From the IMG/VR virus record IMGVR_UViG_3300029319_000001: a stretch of 64,000 nt of DNA; one strand, given 5' to 3'. The notes below the pieces were generated by a model. That model searched no databases. It was not told where the DNA came from and was given only the letters and a program-made list of their open reading frames with translations. A program made the position numbers and the translations under genes. The stretch is from a virus (taxonomy: Duplodnaviria > Caudoviricetes). Shown here piece after piece: positions 42,014 to 50,790 of the stretch. Every line of letters begins with the position of its first letter. Position 1 is the stretch's first letter.

Positions 42014-42729
42014 AAGTTGCATTACCTAGTGGAAAGTTAGCGGTTATATTCATTGGTACTAATAAGTATCTTGAATTTTTCCCTAGTTATTTTAATTCTT
42101 GTATGGATAATTTAGCTCCATCTAGTTTTGTTGAAAAACATTTCTTTGTTTTTAGTGACGGTAAAGTAGAAGGAGAACTTCCTAATAATATTACATTTAT
42201 TCCTACAGAACATAAACCTTGGCCAGCAATTACCTTAGAAAGATTTCATACTATCTTAACGATAGAGGATAGACTCAAGGACTTTGATTGGATTCTTTTC
42301 TTGGATGCTGATATGGAAGTCAGACAAAGAGTAGAGAGCAACGAATTGTTTACTGCTAAAGACTTTATTGGAGTTCATCATCCATGTCATTATAAAACTG
42401 GCACAGGAACCTATGAAAGGAACCCTAAGTCAGAAGCATGTGTGACAGGTGATCAAATTAATTACTATCAAGGATGTTTGTGGGGTGGTAAAACTTCTGC
42501 TGTTATTCCTATGATGAAGACTCTGAAAGATAGAGTTGACAAGGATTATGAGAATGATATAATAGCAGTATGGCATGATGAAAGTCATCTTAATAAATTC
42601 TTCATTGAGAATGAAGATAAATTACATGCTCTTTCACCTGACTATGCATTTCCAGAATGTTATCCTGACTATCCTTTTGAACAAAAAATTGTACATCTAG
42701 CAAAAGACAATAAATCTTATCAACAATGA
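42010..42729 (+). CDS. GT6 family glycosyltransferase
   Basis: IGTNKY, FLDADM (DxD), YYQGCLWGG, WHDESHLNK. Confidence 0.88.
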   Translation: MKVALPSGKLAVIFIGTNKYLEFFPSYFNSCMDNLAPSSFVEKHFFVFSDGKVEGELPNNITFIPTEHKPWPAITLERFHTILTIEDRLKDFDWILFLDADMEVRQRVESNELFTAKDFIGVHHPCHYKTGTGTYERNPKSEACVTGDQINYYQGCLWGGKTSAVIPMMKTLKDRVDKDYENDIIAVWHDESHLNKFFIENEDKLHALSPDYAFPECYPDYPFEQKIVHLAKDNKSYQQ

Positions 42730-43439
42730 CAGATCCTAATGCATGGCAAATGCCAACCTTCTATACTTCTGACAAAGCATCTAAACTCAGAAGAACTTTT
42801 CCTGGTTTACATCTAGTAGACAGGCAAAATTTTTCTCAGTGTTATCAGGACATGTTTGTTTTGTGTATGCTTGATGGAAAACCTCAAGGAACATTCGTAG
42901 AGATTGGGTCAGGACATCCTGTTATTTCTAACAATACTGCTCTTCTAGAGTCTAGATATGAATGGACAGGTATAGGTTTTGAAATTAAGGAGCACGAGGC
43001 AGACCTGTATAATGAGCACCGTAAATCACCAGTTGCTTTAGGTGATGCTACTACTGCAGACTTTGATGCTTTGTTTGAAGAGGTTAAATTAGGACCAGTA
43101 TTTGATTATCTACAGGTTGATTGTGAACCAGCACAGGTCACATTCGATGCCTTGAAAAAAATAGATCTATCCAAGTACAAATTCGCAGTTATTACATTTG
43201 AACATGACTCGTACAATGATGGCAACACTGTCAGGGATGCTTCAAGAGAGTATCTTAAGTCTTTTGGTTATAAGCTTATTGCTGATAACATCTCGGTAGA
43301 TGACTCCCATCCATTTGAGGATTGGTGGTGTCATCCAGATTTAGTTCCATCACATTGCATAGATGATATGCTCTGTGTTGATGGAGAGACGAAAAAAGCA
43401 GAGGACTATATGCTAATTCCACTAACCGTTATGAAATGA
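42726..43439 (+). CDS. FkbM-like methyltransferase
   Basis: SQCYQD, FVEIGS, YLQVDCEP, ITFEHD, FEDWW. Confidence 0.7.
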   Translation: MTDPNAWQMPTFYTSDKASKLRRTFPGLHLVDRQNFSQCYQDMFVLCMLDGKPQGTFVEIGSGHPVISNNTALLESRYEWTGIGFEIKEHEADLYNEHRKSPVALGDATTADFDALFEEVKLGPVFDYLQVDCEPAQVTFDALKKIDLSKYKFAVITFEHDSYNDGNTVRDASREYLKSFGYKLIADNISVDDSHPFEDWWCHPDLVPSHCIDDMLCVDGETKKAEDYMLIPLTVMK

Positions 43440-43684
43440 ATGATTCACTTGTTTTTATATACTTTCTTTGTTTCGCTGTTGTTGCAGGAATGACATTTGC
43501 ATACATGTATGCTATGATGACTTCTACTTTAAAAGATTTCAACAGACAACAAGAAAATATAAAACAAAATTTGCATCCCGAAATGAGGGATGTAAAATCT
43601 GGTGAGTCTCTTCTTGTATTCAATCCTCAACAAGAAGATGAAGATGACGATGACGAGGGTGATGTTATTATTGTACGAAAATGA
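43436..43684 (+). CDS. small membrane protein with acidic tail
   Basis: N-terminal TM helix; LHPEM motif. Confidence 0.6.
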   Translation: MNDSLVFIYFLCFAVVAGMTFAYMYAMMTSTLKDFNRQQENIKQNLHPEMRDVKSGESLLVFNPQQEDEDDDDEGDVIIVRK

Positions 43685-44604
43685 AATGTGTTCTTTGGGG
43701 TTACCCATTACATACTGATACTTATTCATATGTTCATGAGGGATTTAAAAAAGCATTAGAGCGTAGCGGTCATAAAGTTTACTGGTTTCATGATAAAGAA
43801 TATCCAGATGATTTTGATTACGATGATTGTGTTTTCTTTACTGAAGGTTATGCTGATAAAAACATACCTTTAAGATCATCATCTGTTTATTATGTGCATG
43901 TATGTGTTAATCCTCAGAAGTATCTTGGTAATGTAAGGAAACTAATTGATGTTCGTTATCATCAAGATAGTATGGACAATGATAACTATGAGTTTCATCA
44001 TGATCTTAATGATTTTGAGGAGTTAGAGACTGGAGTTTGTATTGATAGAAGAGAGTCACAGGTACAAGGATATGATATAACATATCTTGCTTGGGCAACT
44101 GATCTTATGCCAGAAGAATTTGATGAGGACTGGGTAAATATTGAAAGAGAAAAAATATATTATCATATCGGTAGTGTGTCAGCAGATGGTCGTTTTAAGA
44201 ACGCACACCTGATACAAGAATTTGGACAAATGTGTGCTAAAATAGATGTGAAGACTGCATGGTCTAATCCTTGGACTAATCCTCTTGAAGGTGATGTCAT
44301 GAGAGATCTTATGCAAAAGTCTTTCTTGTCTCCTGACTTGAGGAATGATACCCATAAGAGATGGGGTACTAAAACTTGTAGATTATTTAAGACTATGAGT
44401 TATGGTAATTTAGGATTAACTAACTCACCTAAACTTGCTGAGTTTGCTGGTCCTGAGGTCATCTGTAAAGAAAGCATTCCAGAATTATTTGAAGAAGGTC
44501 TTCGTCATATGAATGACAAGGAACTTATTCTTAGGCAGATGCGACACACAAAAAAGCATCATACATATGTTAATCGTATTAATGGACTCTTGAGATTGTT
44601 ATGA
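43681..44604 (+). CDS. putative glycosyltransferase (CgeB-like C-terminus)
   Basis: CRLFKTMSYG...HTYVNRI. Confidence 0.55.
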   Translation: MKCVLWGYPLHTDTYSYVHEGFKKALERSGHKVYWFHDKEYPDDFDYDDCVFFTEGYADKNIPLRSSSVYYVHVCVNPQKYLGNVRKLIDVRYHQDSMDNDNYEFHHDLNDFEELETGVCIDRRESQVQGYDITYLAWATDLMPEEFDEDWVNIEREKIYYHIGSVSADGRFKNAHLIQEFGQMCAKIDVKTAWSNPWTNPLEGDVMRDLMQKSFLSPDLRNDTHKRWGTKTCRLFKTMSYGNLGLTNSPKLAEFAGPEVICKESIPELFEEGLRHMNDKELILRQMRHTKKHHTYVNRINGLLRLL

Positions 44605-45440
44605 CAAAACTTAGTTTTGGTTTCATCGTTGGTGGTGGAGACAGTTATTATAAAAATTTGATGAGAGCTTGTGAATCTTTAGAAAGAATCAAACAAGATC
44701 ATGAGATTGTTATCATTGATATGGAAGATCGTCTTTCAATAGATGATCCTAAGGTCAAGATTGTAAAGGCAACTCGTGAAGAACTTAAGAATGAGGACTC
44801 TAGAAATTGGTTCCAACCTCACATATGGGCAGAGAGATATAATCTGTTTAAACATGTAGAAACTGAACATTGTTTTTATATGGATACCGACACTGTTGTT
44901 ATCAATGATAGAGTTGATGAACTGATTGAAGAAGCACAAGATAATTTTTTATGTACTCAGCATTGGTGGGTGCCTACTCTTGCTGACTACATGAATAAAG
45001 TAGAAGTAATGCATGCTGGATTGTCTAAGTATCTTCCTGATAATAGACACTCATATAATTATGCATCATCAGGTGCATTCTTATTCCAGAAGGACAAGCA
45101 TGATCATATCTTTAATCGTTATGGTGAAATCTTTGAAGATATATTTAAGGATGGTGGAGTCCATCCTGGTGTTACTGATGAGTTTGTTCTTTGTTTAACT
45201 TTGAATGAACTAGGAGGATATCATTTTACTAACGGTGCATTCAATCATTGTGCTGCTGCTGATCAGCAAGACATGAAACTTATTGATGGTGTATTCTATG
45301 GTAAGAATCCACAAGAAGATGAGTATGAAAAAGTATTTTTATTTCATAGTGCATATCAAAATGTATCATCATTAATAACACATAGTCCTGGTTTCCATGA
45401 GGACATTAAGAAAGTTATGTACTGGGAGGATTATCAATGA
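44601..45440 (+). CDS. putative GT-A glycosyltransferase
   Basis: YMDTD DxD motif, SSGAFLF. Confidence 0.6.
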   Translation: MTKLSFGFIVGGGDSYYKNLMRACESLERIKQDHEIVIIDMEDRLSIDDPKVKIVKATREELKNEDSRNWFQPHIWAERYNLFKHVETEHCFYMDTDTVVINDRVDELIEEAQDNFLCTQHWWVPTLADYMNKVEVMHAGLSKYLPDNRHSYNYASSGAFLFQKDKHDHIFNRYGEIFEDIFKDGGVHPGVTDEFVLCLTLNELGGYHFTNGAFNHCAAADQQDMKLIDGVFYGKNPQEDEYEKVFLFHSAYQNVSSLITHSPGFHEDIKKVMYWEDYQ

Positions 45441-46396
45441 AGATTGCTCTAATAGGTCCTGGTATTATGGAGATTCCCCCAGATGGTTGGGGTGCTGTAG
45501 AGATGTTGATATGGGATTACACAGTAATCCTTAGAGAACTTGGACACCGTGTTGAAATAATTAATACACCTGACAAAGAACTTATTAAATTTGAGGTTGA
45601 GCATGGTAAGTATGATATTGTACATTTACATTACGATGTCTTTACTGATATAATTCCTGATCTTATTCCCTTATGTAAGAGACTCATAGTTTCTAGTCAC
45701 TATCCATTTGTAAATACACCTCACATGTGGGGCAGAGATAACTATGGAATGATTGCTGATAAAATGATTCACAATAAGGATTTTACTATCTTTGCATCAA
45801 GTCAGAGAGATATTGATTCATGGGTTACATATGGTGCTAAGAGAGAGAACTGTTGGTTGAGTAAACTAGGTGTAAGACCTTACCCATATAAATTTGATGA
45901 GTTTGCTAGTTGGGATAGAACATTATGCTTCTCTCAAATTGTAGATCGTAAGCGTCAGTATCTTCTAGAAGATATAGACACTGTTGATTTCATGGGAAGG
46001 ATGGAGCGTGGTGGTAAATTTAAAAATACATCAAACTATAAGGGTGAGATAGCTAGAGAAAAATTGAATGAGTATATTACATGTTATTCTAATATTGCAT
46101 TGCTTAGTGAGGTAGAAAATACTACACCTCTAGTCATCAAAGAAGGATTAATATGTGGTCTAGGTGTTGTATGTTCAGAGACTGTTGCTGCTGAGTTAGA
46201 TACATCTAAACCTTGGATAGATGTCATTCCAGAGAAGGAAATAAATAATGTCGATACTGTTCTTGATACTATAGAAAAGAACAGACAAGTGGCTAAGCAA
46301 CATAGAAAAGAGATCAGAGAATACGGTATCAACGAATTCGGTCTTGAAAATATACTTGCTTATGAATATATTCCTAAACTTGAATCATTATTATGA
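45437..46396 (+). CDS. GT-B (GT4-like) glycosyltransferase
   Basis: IPPDGWGAVE, ENTTPLVIKEGLICG. Confidence 0.75.
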   Translation: MKIALIGPGIMEIPPDGWGAVEMLIWDYTVILRELGHRVEIINTPDKELIKFEVEHGKYDIVHLHYDVFTDIIPDLIPLCKRLIVSSHYPFVNTPHMWGRDNYGMIADKMIHNKDFTIFASSQRDIDSWVTYGAKRENCWLSKLGVRPYPYKFDEFASWDRTLCFSQIVDRKRQYLLEDIDTVDFMGRMERGGKFKNTSNYKGEIAREKLNEYITCYSNIALLSEVENTTPLVIKEGLICGLGVVCSETVAAELDTSKPWIDVIPEKEINNVDTVLDTIEKNRQVAKQHRKEIREYGINEFGLENILAYEYIPKLESLL

Positions 46397-47340
46397 AAAT
46401 TAGTATTGTAGGACCTGCTACACCAATTCCACCTGTGGGATGGGGAGCAGTTGAAAGTTTGATCTGGGATTACAAGGTAAACTTAGAAAGATTAAGCCAT
46501 GAAGTTGACATAATAAACATCAACAATCCCAAAGAAATCATTAAAAGAATCAATGATTTTAAACCAGACTTCGTACACATACAATATGATGATTGGATAG
46601 TATTATATCCTTACATACAGTATCCTTGTGCGTGTACAACACACTTTGCATATCTTGAGCAACCACAAAAGATGGATGCTTACAGTAGAATATTCGGACT
46701 CTTTCAAGATGTTAAACCAAATGTATTCTGTCTCTCAGATAGTATTAAAAAAGCCTATTCTATACTTGGTGGTATTACTGATGATAGGTTATTTGTTGTC
46801 CCTAACGGAGTTGATCTCACCAAGTTCCGTCATACAGATAATCCAGAATTCCCTGATCGTAGCATCTATCTAGCAAAGATAGATTACCGTAAGCGTCAGC
46901 ATAAGTTCCAGTCCATAGACAGTCTCTTCTTTGCTGGTAATATAGCAGACAAAAGATTTAATGAGAATCATAATTACCTTGGTGAATGGAAGAAAGAATA
47001 TCTACATGACTACCTAACAGACTATGGTAACCTTGTTCTACTATCAGATGGTGAAGCACACTCTCTGGTAATCATGGAAGCATTTGCTGCAGGGTTAGGT
47101 GTGGTTGTAAGTGAGTTTGCTACTGCTAATCTAGATCTTGATAAAGAATTTATTACTGTGGTTCCAGAAGATAAGATTGACGATCCACAATATGTGGAGT
47201 ATCTTATTAAAAAGAACAGAGAATATTCTGTTACACATAGAGATGAGATCTTAGAGTATGCTAAGAATTTTTGTTGGGCAAAAGTAATTAAAGATCATTA
47301 CTTACCTACCGTTCAAAAGGTGATAGACAATCATGGATAA
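46393..47340 (+). CDS. GT-B (GT4-like) glycosyltransferase
   Basis: IPPVGWGAVE, VPNGVD, EAHSLVIMEAFAAG. Confidence 0.8.
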   Translation: MKISIVGPATPIPPVGWGAVESLIWDYKVNLERLSHEVDIININNPKEIIKRINDFKPDFVHIQYDDWIVLYPYIQYPCACTTHFAYLEQPQKMDAYSRIFGLFQDVKPNVFCLSDSIKKAYSILGGITDDRLFVVPNGVDLTKFRHTDNPEFPDRSIYLAKIDYRKRQHKFQSIDSLFFAGNIADKRFNENHNYLGEWKKEYLHDYLTDYGNLVLLSDGEAHSLVIMEAFAAGLGVVVSEFATANLDLDKEFITVVPEDKIDDPQYVEYLIKKNREYSVTHRDEILEYAKNFCWAKVIKDHYLPTVQKVIDNHG

Positions 47341-48121
47341 AAATAAATCTGCATCAAAATTAAAAGATATTCCACACATTTATTGGATCAATCTAGATGG
47401 AAAGGAAGACCGTCGTGTTCGTACAGAACAGATGCTTTCTTATTGGGAAGTAGCAAACACTAGAATCTCTGCGTATGATGGTAGAGATGATGATCTTAGT
47501 GATATTGTTTATGGTAAGTATCCTGATAATATGACATCAGGTGAGATAGGTTGTGTTACATCTCATCTCAAAGCAATTCAATACTGGATGGAAAATTCAG
47601 ATGATGAGTATGCAATCATGATGGAAGATGATTGTGACATGGACTCTGTTAAACACTGGCCATTCACTTGGAAAGAATGGTTTAGATGGGCACCTGCTGC
47701 TTGGGATATACTACAGATAGCAGTTATCAATCCAGCGATACCTGTAATGCAAATTCATCATAGGTTTGTAAATGATTTCTCTACTGCTGCCTATGTTATC
47801 AATCGCACATATGCAAAAAAACTTCTAGGATTGTATGTGAAGAAGGGAAAATACAAATTAGATTGTAGAATTAAACCTAGGTCTGTAGCAGATGATTTAA
47901 TCTATAACAGTGGTTTGACCTTCTCCATGCCCATATTCATGTATAGATGTGACATGGGATCTGATATTCATAATCAACATGTGGATGTTTATCATCGTAA
48001 TTGTCACGATGCACTCTGGAACTTCTGGAGAAACGATGCTCCTCTAGTGGAGGACTGGAATCAGTACTTCGATTTGAATCCATATCTAGGCAAATTACCG
48101 CCAGGATTTGAAAACGCTTGA
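47333..48121 (+). CDS. GT25 family glycosyltransferase
   Basis: YWINL...RR, GEIGCVTSH, MEDD, STAAYVI. Confidence 0.82.
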   Translation: MDKNKSASKLKDIPHIYWINLDGKEDRRVRTEQMLSYWEVANTRISAYDGRDDDLSDIVYGKYPDNMTSGEIGCVTSHLKAIQYWMENSDDEYAIMMEDDCDMDSVKHWPFTWKEWFRWAPAAWDILQIAVINPAIPVMQIHHRFVNDFSTAAYVINRTYAKKLLGLYVKKGKYKLDCRIKPRSVADDLIYNSGLTFSMPIFMYRCDMGSDIHNQHVDVYHRNCHDALWNFWRNDAPLVEDWNQYFDLNPYLGKLPPGFENA

Positions 48122-48151
48122 CAAGATGATAGTAGTCTGCTATACTAAATA
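48118..48151 (+). promoter_or_regulatory. overlapping sigma70 and late promoters
   Basis: TTGACA-17nt-TATACT overlapping CTAAATA. Confidence 0.75.
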
Positions 48152-48260
48152 ACTTCATACAAAGGACTCGAAAGATCGTAACCCTGTGTGTATGCAAAGA
48201 CTCCCATGTCGGGGAGCCTAACATCCGCAGGATTTTTTTCTGCGAGAAACTAAAACAAAC
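48152..48260 (+). ncRNA. structured 5' leader, candidate cis-regulatory RNA
   Basis: CCTGTG/CGCAGG outer stem, CTCCC/GGGAG inner stem, alternative CGCAG/CTGCG stem. Confidence 0.5.
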
Positions 48261-48620
48261 ATGTCTATTAAATCAACAATCGCTGCAGTAGCAGCAACTC
48301 CTCTTCTAGTATCTGGTGCAGCTTTTGCTGGTCCATATGTTAATATAGAAGCAAGCGGATCATATCCTGATGGTGCTTATTCAACTGGTACAATCGAAAC
48401 AGTAGTTGGATACGAAGGAGAAACACCTGGTGGTCTTGGTTGGTATGTATCTGGTGGTCCTACAGTGACTCATACAGAAACAACTGATGACTTCGGTGAT
48501 GTAGAATTAGTTGGATACCTTGGTGGTTCTTACGATAAGTTCTACGGAGAGTTATCTGGAACAACTAACGAAGATGACATCGACTGGGGTGCTAAAGCAG
48601 GTGTTAAGTTCACTTTCTAA
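48261..48620 (+). CDS. secreted/outer-membrane beta-rich protein
   Basis: signal peptide ending AFA; C-terminal GAKAGVKFTF with terminal Phe. Confidence 0.7.
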   Translation: MSIKSTIAAVAATPLLVSGAAFAGPYVNIEASGSYPDGAYSTGTIETVVGYEGETPGGLGWYVSGGPTVTHTETTDDFGDVELVGYLGGSYDKFYGELSGTTNEDDIDWGAKAGVKFTF

Positions 48621-48642
48621 AGTGTAACACTTTTGATACAAT

Positions 48643-48677
48643 AAGACCTCCTTATGAGTAATATAAGGGGGTCTTTT
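48643..48677 (+). terminator. hairpin terminator
   Basis: AAGACCTCCTTAT/ATAAGGGGGTCTT 13-bp stem. Confidence 0.7.
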
Positions 48678-48707
48678 CCATGTGTGGGTACCCGAATGTG
48701 TAGATAT

Positions 48708-48757
48708 TTGACAAAATTTAATCTTTGCTATATAATTATGTTACATTACTTAACAAT
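48708..48757 (+). promoter_or_regulatory. sigma70 promoter of hli cluster with HLR1-like direct repeat
   Basis: TTGACA-17nt-TATAAT, then GTTACATT-AC-TTAACAAT. Confidence 0.75.
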
Positions 48758-48765
48758 TCAAGTTA

Positions 48766-48981
48766 ATGACTTCATCAAAACTAGTAACTGAATCAGGTGG
48801 AAGGCAAAACATTTATAGTGTTGAACCAAAACCTTACATAGATGAGAACATCTCTTATGAATCTTATGCAAAAAATGCAGAGAAAGTAAATGGTAGATGG
48901 GCAATGCTAGGTCTCGTAGCAGGAACTATTTCCTACATCGCTACAGGCAACTTCTTTTTCTTTGGACTCGCAGGATTCTAA
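48766..48981 (+). CDS. hli: high light inducible protein
   Basis: AEKVNGRWAMLG. Confidence 0.92.
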   Translation: MTSSKLVTESGGRQNIYSVEPKPYIDENISYESYAKNAEKVNGRWAMLGLVAGTISYIATGNFFFFGLAGF

Positions 48982-49031
48982 AGTTGAAGAATATCAAATC
49001 ACAATTCACAATTATTCAAGAGGAAAAACTC

Positions 49032-49139
49032 ATGACACCAGAAGCAGAAAAGTTTAACGGATGGATGGCAATGATCGGTTTCGTTGCAGCAGTTGGAGCA
49101 TATGCAACAACAGGTCAAATCATACCTGGCATATTCTAA
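49032..49139 (+). CDS. hli: high light inducible protein (35 aa)
   Basis: MTPEAEKFNGWMAMIGF...TGQIIPGIF. Confidence 0.92.
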   Translation: MTPEAEKFNGWMAMIGFVAAVGAYATTGQIIPGIF

Positions 49140-49253
49140 ATGAAATATTGGAAAGAAGCAGAGCAAACTAATGGTCGTCTTGCCATGATGGGTTTGCTTG
49201 CAGCCGTGGTGAACTACGGTTTTACAGGATGGATCATACCTGGTATATTTTAA
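49140..49253 (+). CDS. hli: high light inducible protein (37 aa, not in ORF track)
   Basis: AEQTNGRLAMMG...TGWIIPGIF. Confidence 0.9.
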   Translation: MKYWKEAEQTNGRLAMMGLLAAVVNYGFTGWIIPGIF

Positions 49254-49299
49254 TTACAAAAGGTCTCTTACAATTCTACCCCTATTAAATCTAAGAACA

Positions 49300-49422
49300 A
49301 TGAATGACAAGCAATCAAAAGCAATAGCAGAAAAATTAAATGGTAGACTAGCAATGCTAGGTATCATCGCAGGTATCGGAGCATACCTAACAACAGGTCA
49401 ACTGATACCAGGTTTCGTATAA
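49300..49422 (+). CDS. hli: high light inducible protein (40 aa, not in ORF track)
   Basis: AEKLNGRLAMLG...TGQLIPGFV. Confidence 0.9.
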   Translation: MNDKQSKAIAEKLNGRLAMLGIIAGIGAYLTTGQLIPGFV

Positions 49423-49511
49423 TGAGAAGCGTACCAGTGCCCTTAAAAGTTGTACCATACATCTTCATGGTAGCAGTTATCTCTGCTATTCCTATGGGTG
49501 TACTGGTATAA
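49422..49511 (+). CDS. 29-aa hydrophobic peptide
   Basis: TAATG coupling to the last hli; MRSVPVPLKVVPYIFMVAVISAIPMGVLV. Confidence 0.5.
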   Translation: MRSVPVPLKVVPYIFMVAVISAIPMGVLV

Positions 49512-49513
49512 AG

Positions 49514-49521
49514 TATAAATA
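49514..49521 (+). promoter_or_regulatory. T4-type late promoter
   Basis: exact TATAAATA, intergenic. Confidence 0.65.
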
Positions 49522-49554
49522 CTTATTCTTAACAAATCTTAATACAACCATTAT

Positions 49555-49743
49555 ATGACGGAACTTGCATCTGCAAACGACATAACATTCTTCCAAGCAA
49601 TTATCTGGTGCCTCTATCCTATAGGAGCGTTAGTATTTTTTGAATTACTTCTTCGTGCATTAAATGACGATGATGATGATGACTTTGAAGGTGGTAAAGG
49701 TATTAAGATCTCGGAACCAATTCGTGTTCCAGTAGGTGCTTGA
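49555..49743 (+). CDS. small membrane protein with poly-Asp tract
   Basis: TM helix followed by NDDDDDDFEGGKG. Confidence 0.65.
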   Translation: MTELASANDITFFQAIIWCLYPIGALVFFELLLRALNDDDDDDFEGGKGIKISEPIRVPVGA

Positions 49744-49839
49744 CATGAGTAAAAATACCTATATAATAATATAATTATTTTTACTCAGTCATGCAACAAT
49801 TATTTTTTCTAGCAGTAGTAGTTACCGTAGCGTCCACAA

Positions 49840-49941
49840 ATGTCTCTCAATTCGCTTTTGCATAGTCCATACAGAGAACTCTATGAGTTCGGTTTCTTCG
49901 TTTGTATTGGCATAACAGCAGGAAGTTTTGGTATAATATAA
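49840..49941 (+). CDS. 33-aa membrane peptide
   Basis: MSLNSLLHSPYRELYEFGFFVCIGITAGSFGII. Confidence 0.45.
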   Translation: MSLNSLLHSPYRELYEFGFFVCIGITAGSFGII

Positions 49942-49963
49942 TATAAGTCATAATAATTTTGGT

Positions 49964-50494
49964 ATGATCAGTAAGAAAAGAATACCTGATATGGATTTCA
50001 TTCTATCAGGAGAAGTAATAGACGATGGTGTTATAAAAGATACTTATTATTCTACCTCAGCATGGTTTGCTGATAAGAAAGTTATATTGTTTGCTGTACC
50101 TGGTGCATATACTCCGACATGCACTGAAGATATGCTTCCTAATTGGGAGGAATATTATGATAAATTTGAGAAAGATCTTGGTATAGATTCTATCTATTGT
50201 ACTGGTGTTAATGATGGATGGGTAATGAATGCATGGAAAGAATCATTAGGCATTGAGAAAATAGAAATGCTTCCCGATGGTAATGGAGAGTTAGCAGAAT
50301 CATTAGGTATGTTAGTTAGAAAAACTAATCGTGGATTTGGTAATAGGTCTTGGAGGTATGCAGCATATGTAGTTGGTGGTATAATAGAAGAGTTGTTTGA
50401 GGAACCAGGTAGAATGAATAATTGTCCTAACGATCCTTATTCTGTATCTGATCCTGCTCATGTCTATAAAGAACTGAGTAAAAAACTCCTCTAA
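49964..50494 (+). CDS. peroxiredoxin (Prx5-like)
   Basis: FAVPGAYTPTCT, VND, DGNGE, RSWRYA. Confidence 0.9.
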   Translation: MISKKRIPDMDFILSGEVIDDGVIKDTYYSTSAWFADKKVILFAVPGAYTPTCTEDMLPNWEEYYDKFEKDLGIDSIYCTGVNDGWVMNAWKESLGIEKIEMLPDGNGELAESLGMLVRKTNRGFGNRSWRYAAYVVGGIIEELFEEPGRMNNCPNDPYSVSDPAHVYKELSKKLL

Positions 50495-50517
50495 ATAATT
50501 CACTAATATAATTAATC

Positions 50518-50790
50518 ATGCAAAAAATTATTAATGTCATCGCAGTGTCGTCTGGTATTGTATCTCTTGCCATTGTTGTTGGTGGGGTATCTGTATATGT
50601 CAGCAGAGATGCCATCATTGATGGAATTAAATCACAAATTATGGGATCAGTTACTGAATCTCTTCCAGGCATTGGTGCATTGGAAGGAGCAACAGCTCCA
50701 TTAGGAGATTTCGCAGTACCTACTACACCTAAACCTACTGCAGCTGGTGGTGGATTTGGTGGTTTACCAACTCCTAGTAATCCATTATAA
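50518..50790 (+). CDS. membrane-anchored hypothetical protein
   Basis: N-terminal TM helix; CTAAATA at 50491. Confidence 0.65.
   Translation: MQKIINVIAVSSGIVSLAIVVGGVSVYVSRDAIIDGIKSQIMGSVTESLPGIGALEGATAPLGDFAVPTTPKPTAAGGGFGGLPTPSNPL

Noticed and set aside
48766-49422. Repeat array that could be mistaken for a CRISPR or tandem DNA repeat
   Set aside because: The similarity is protein-level paralogy among hli genes; there are no identical repeats with spacers.
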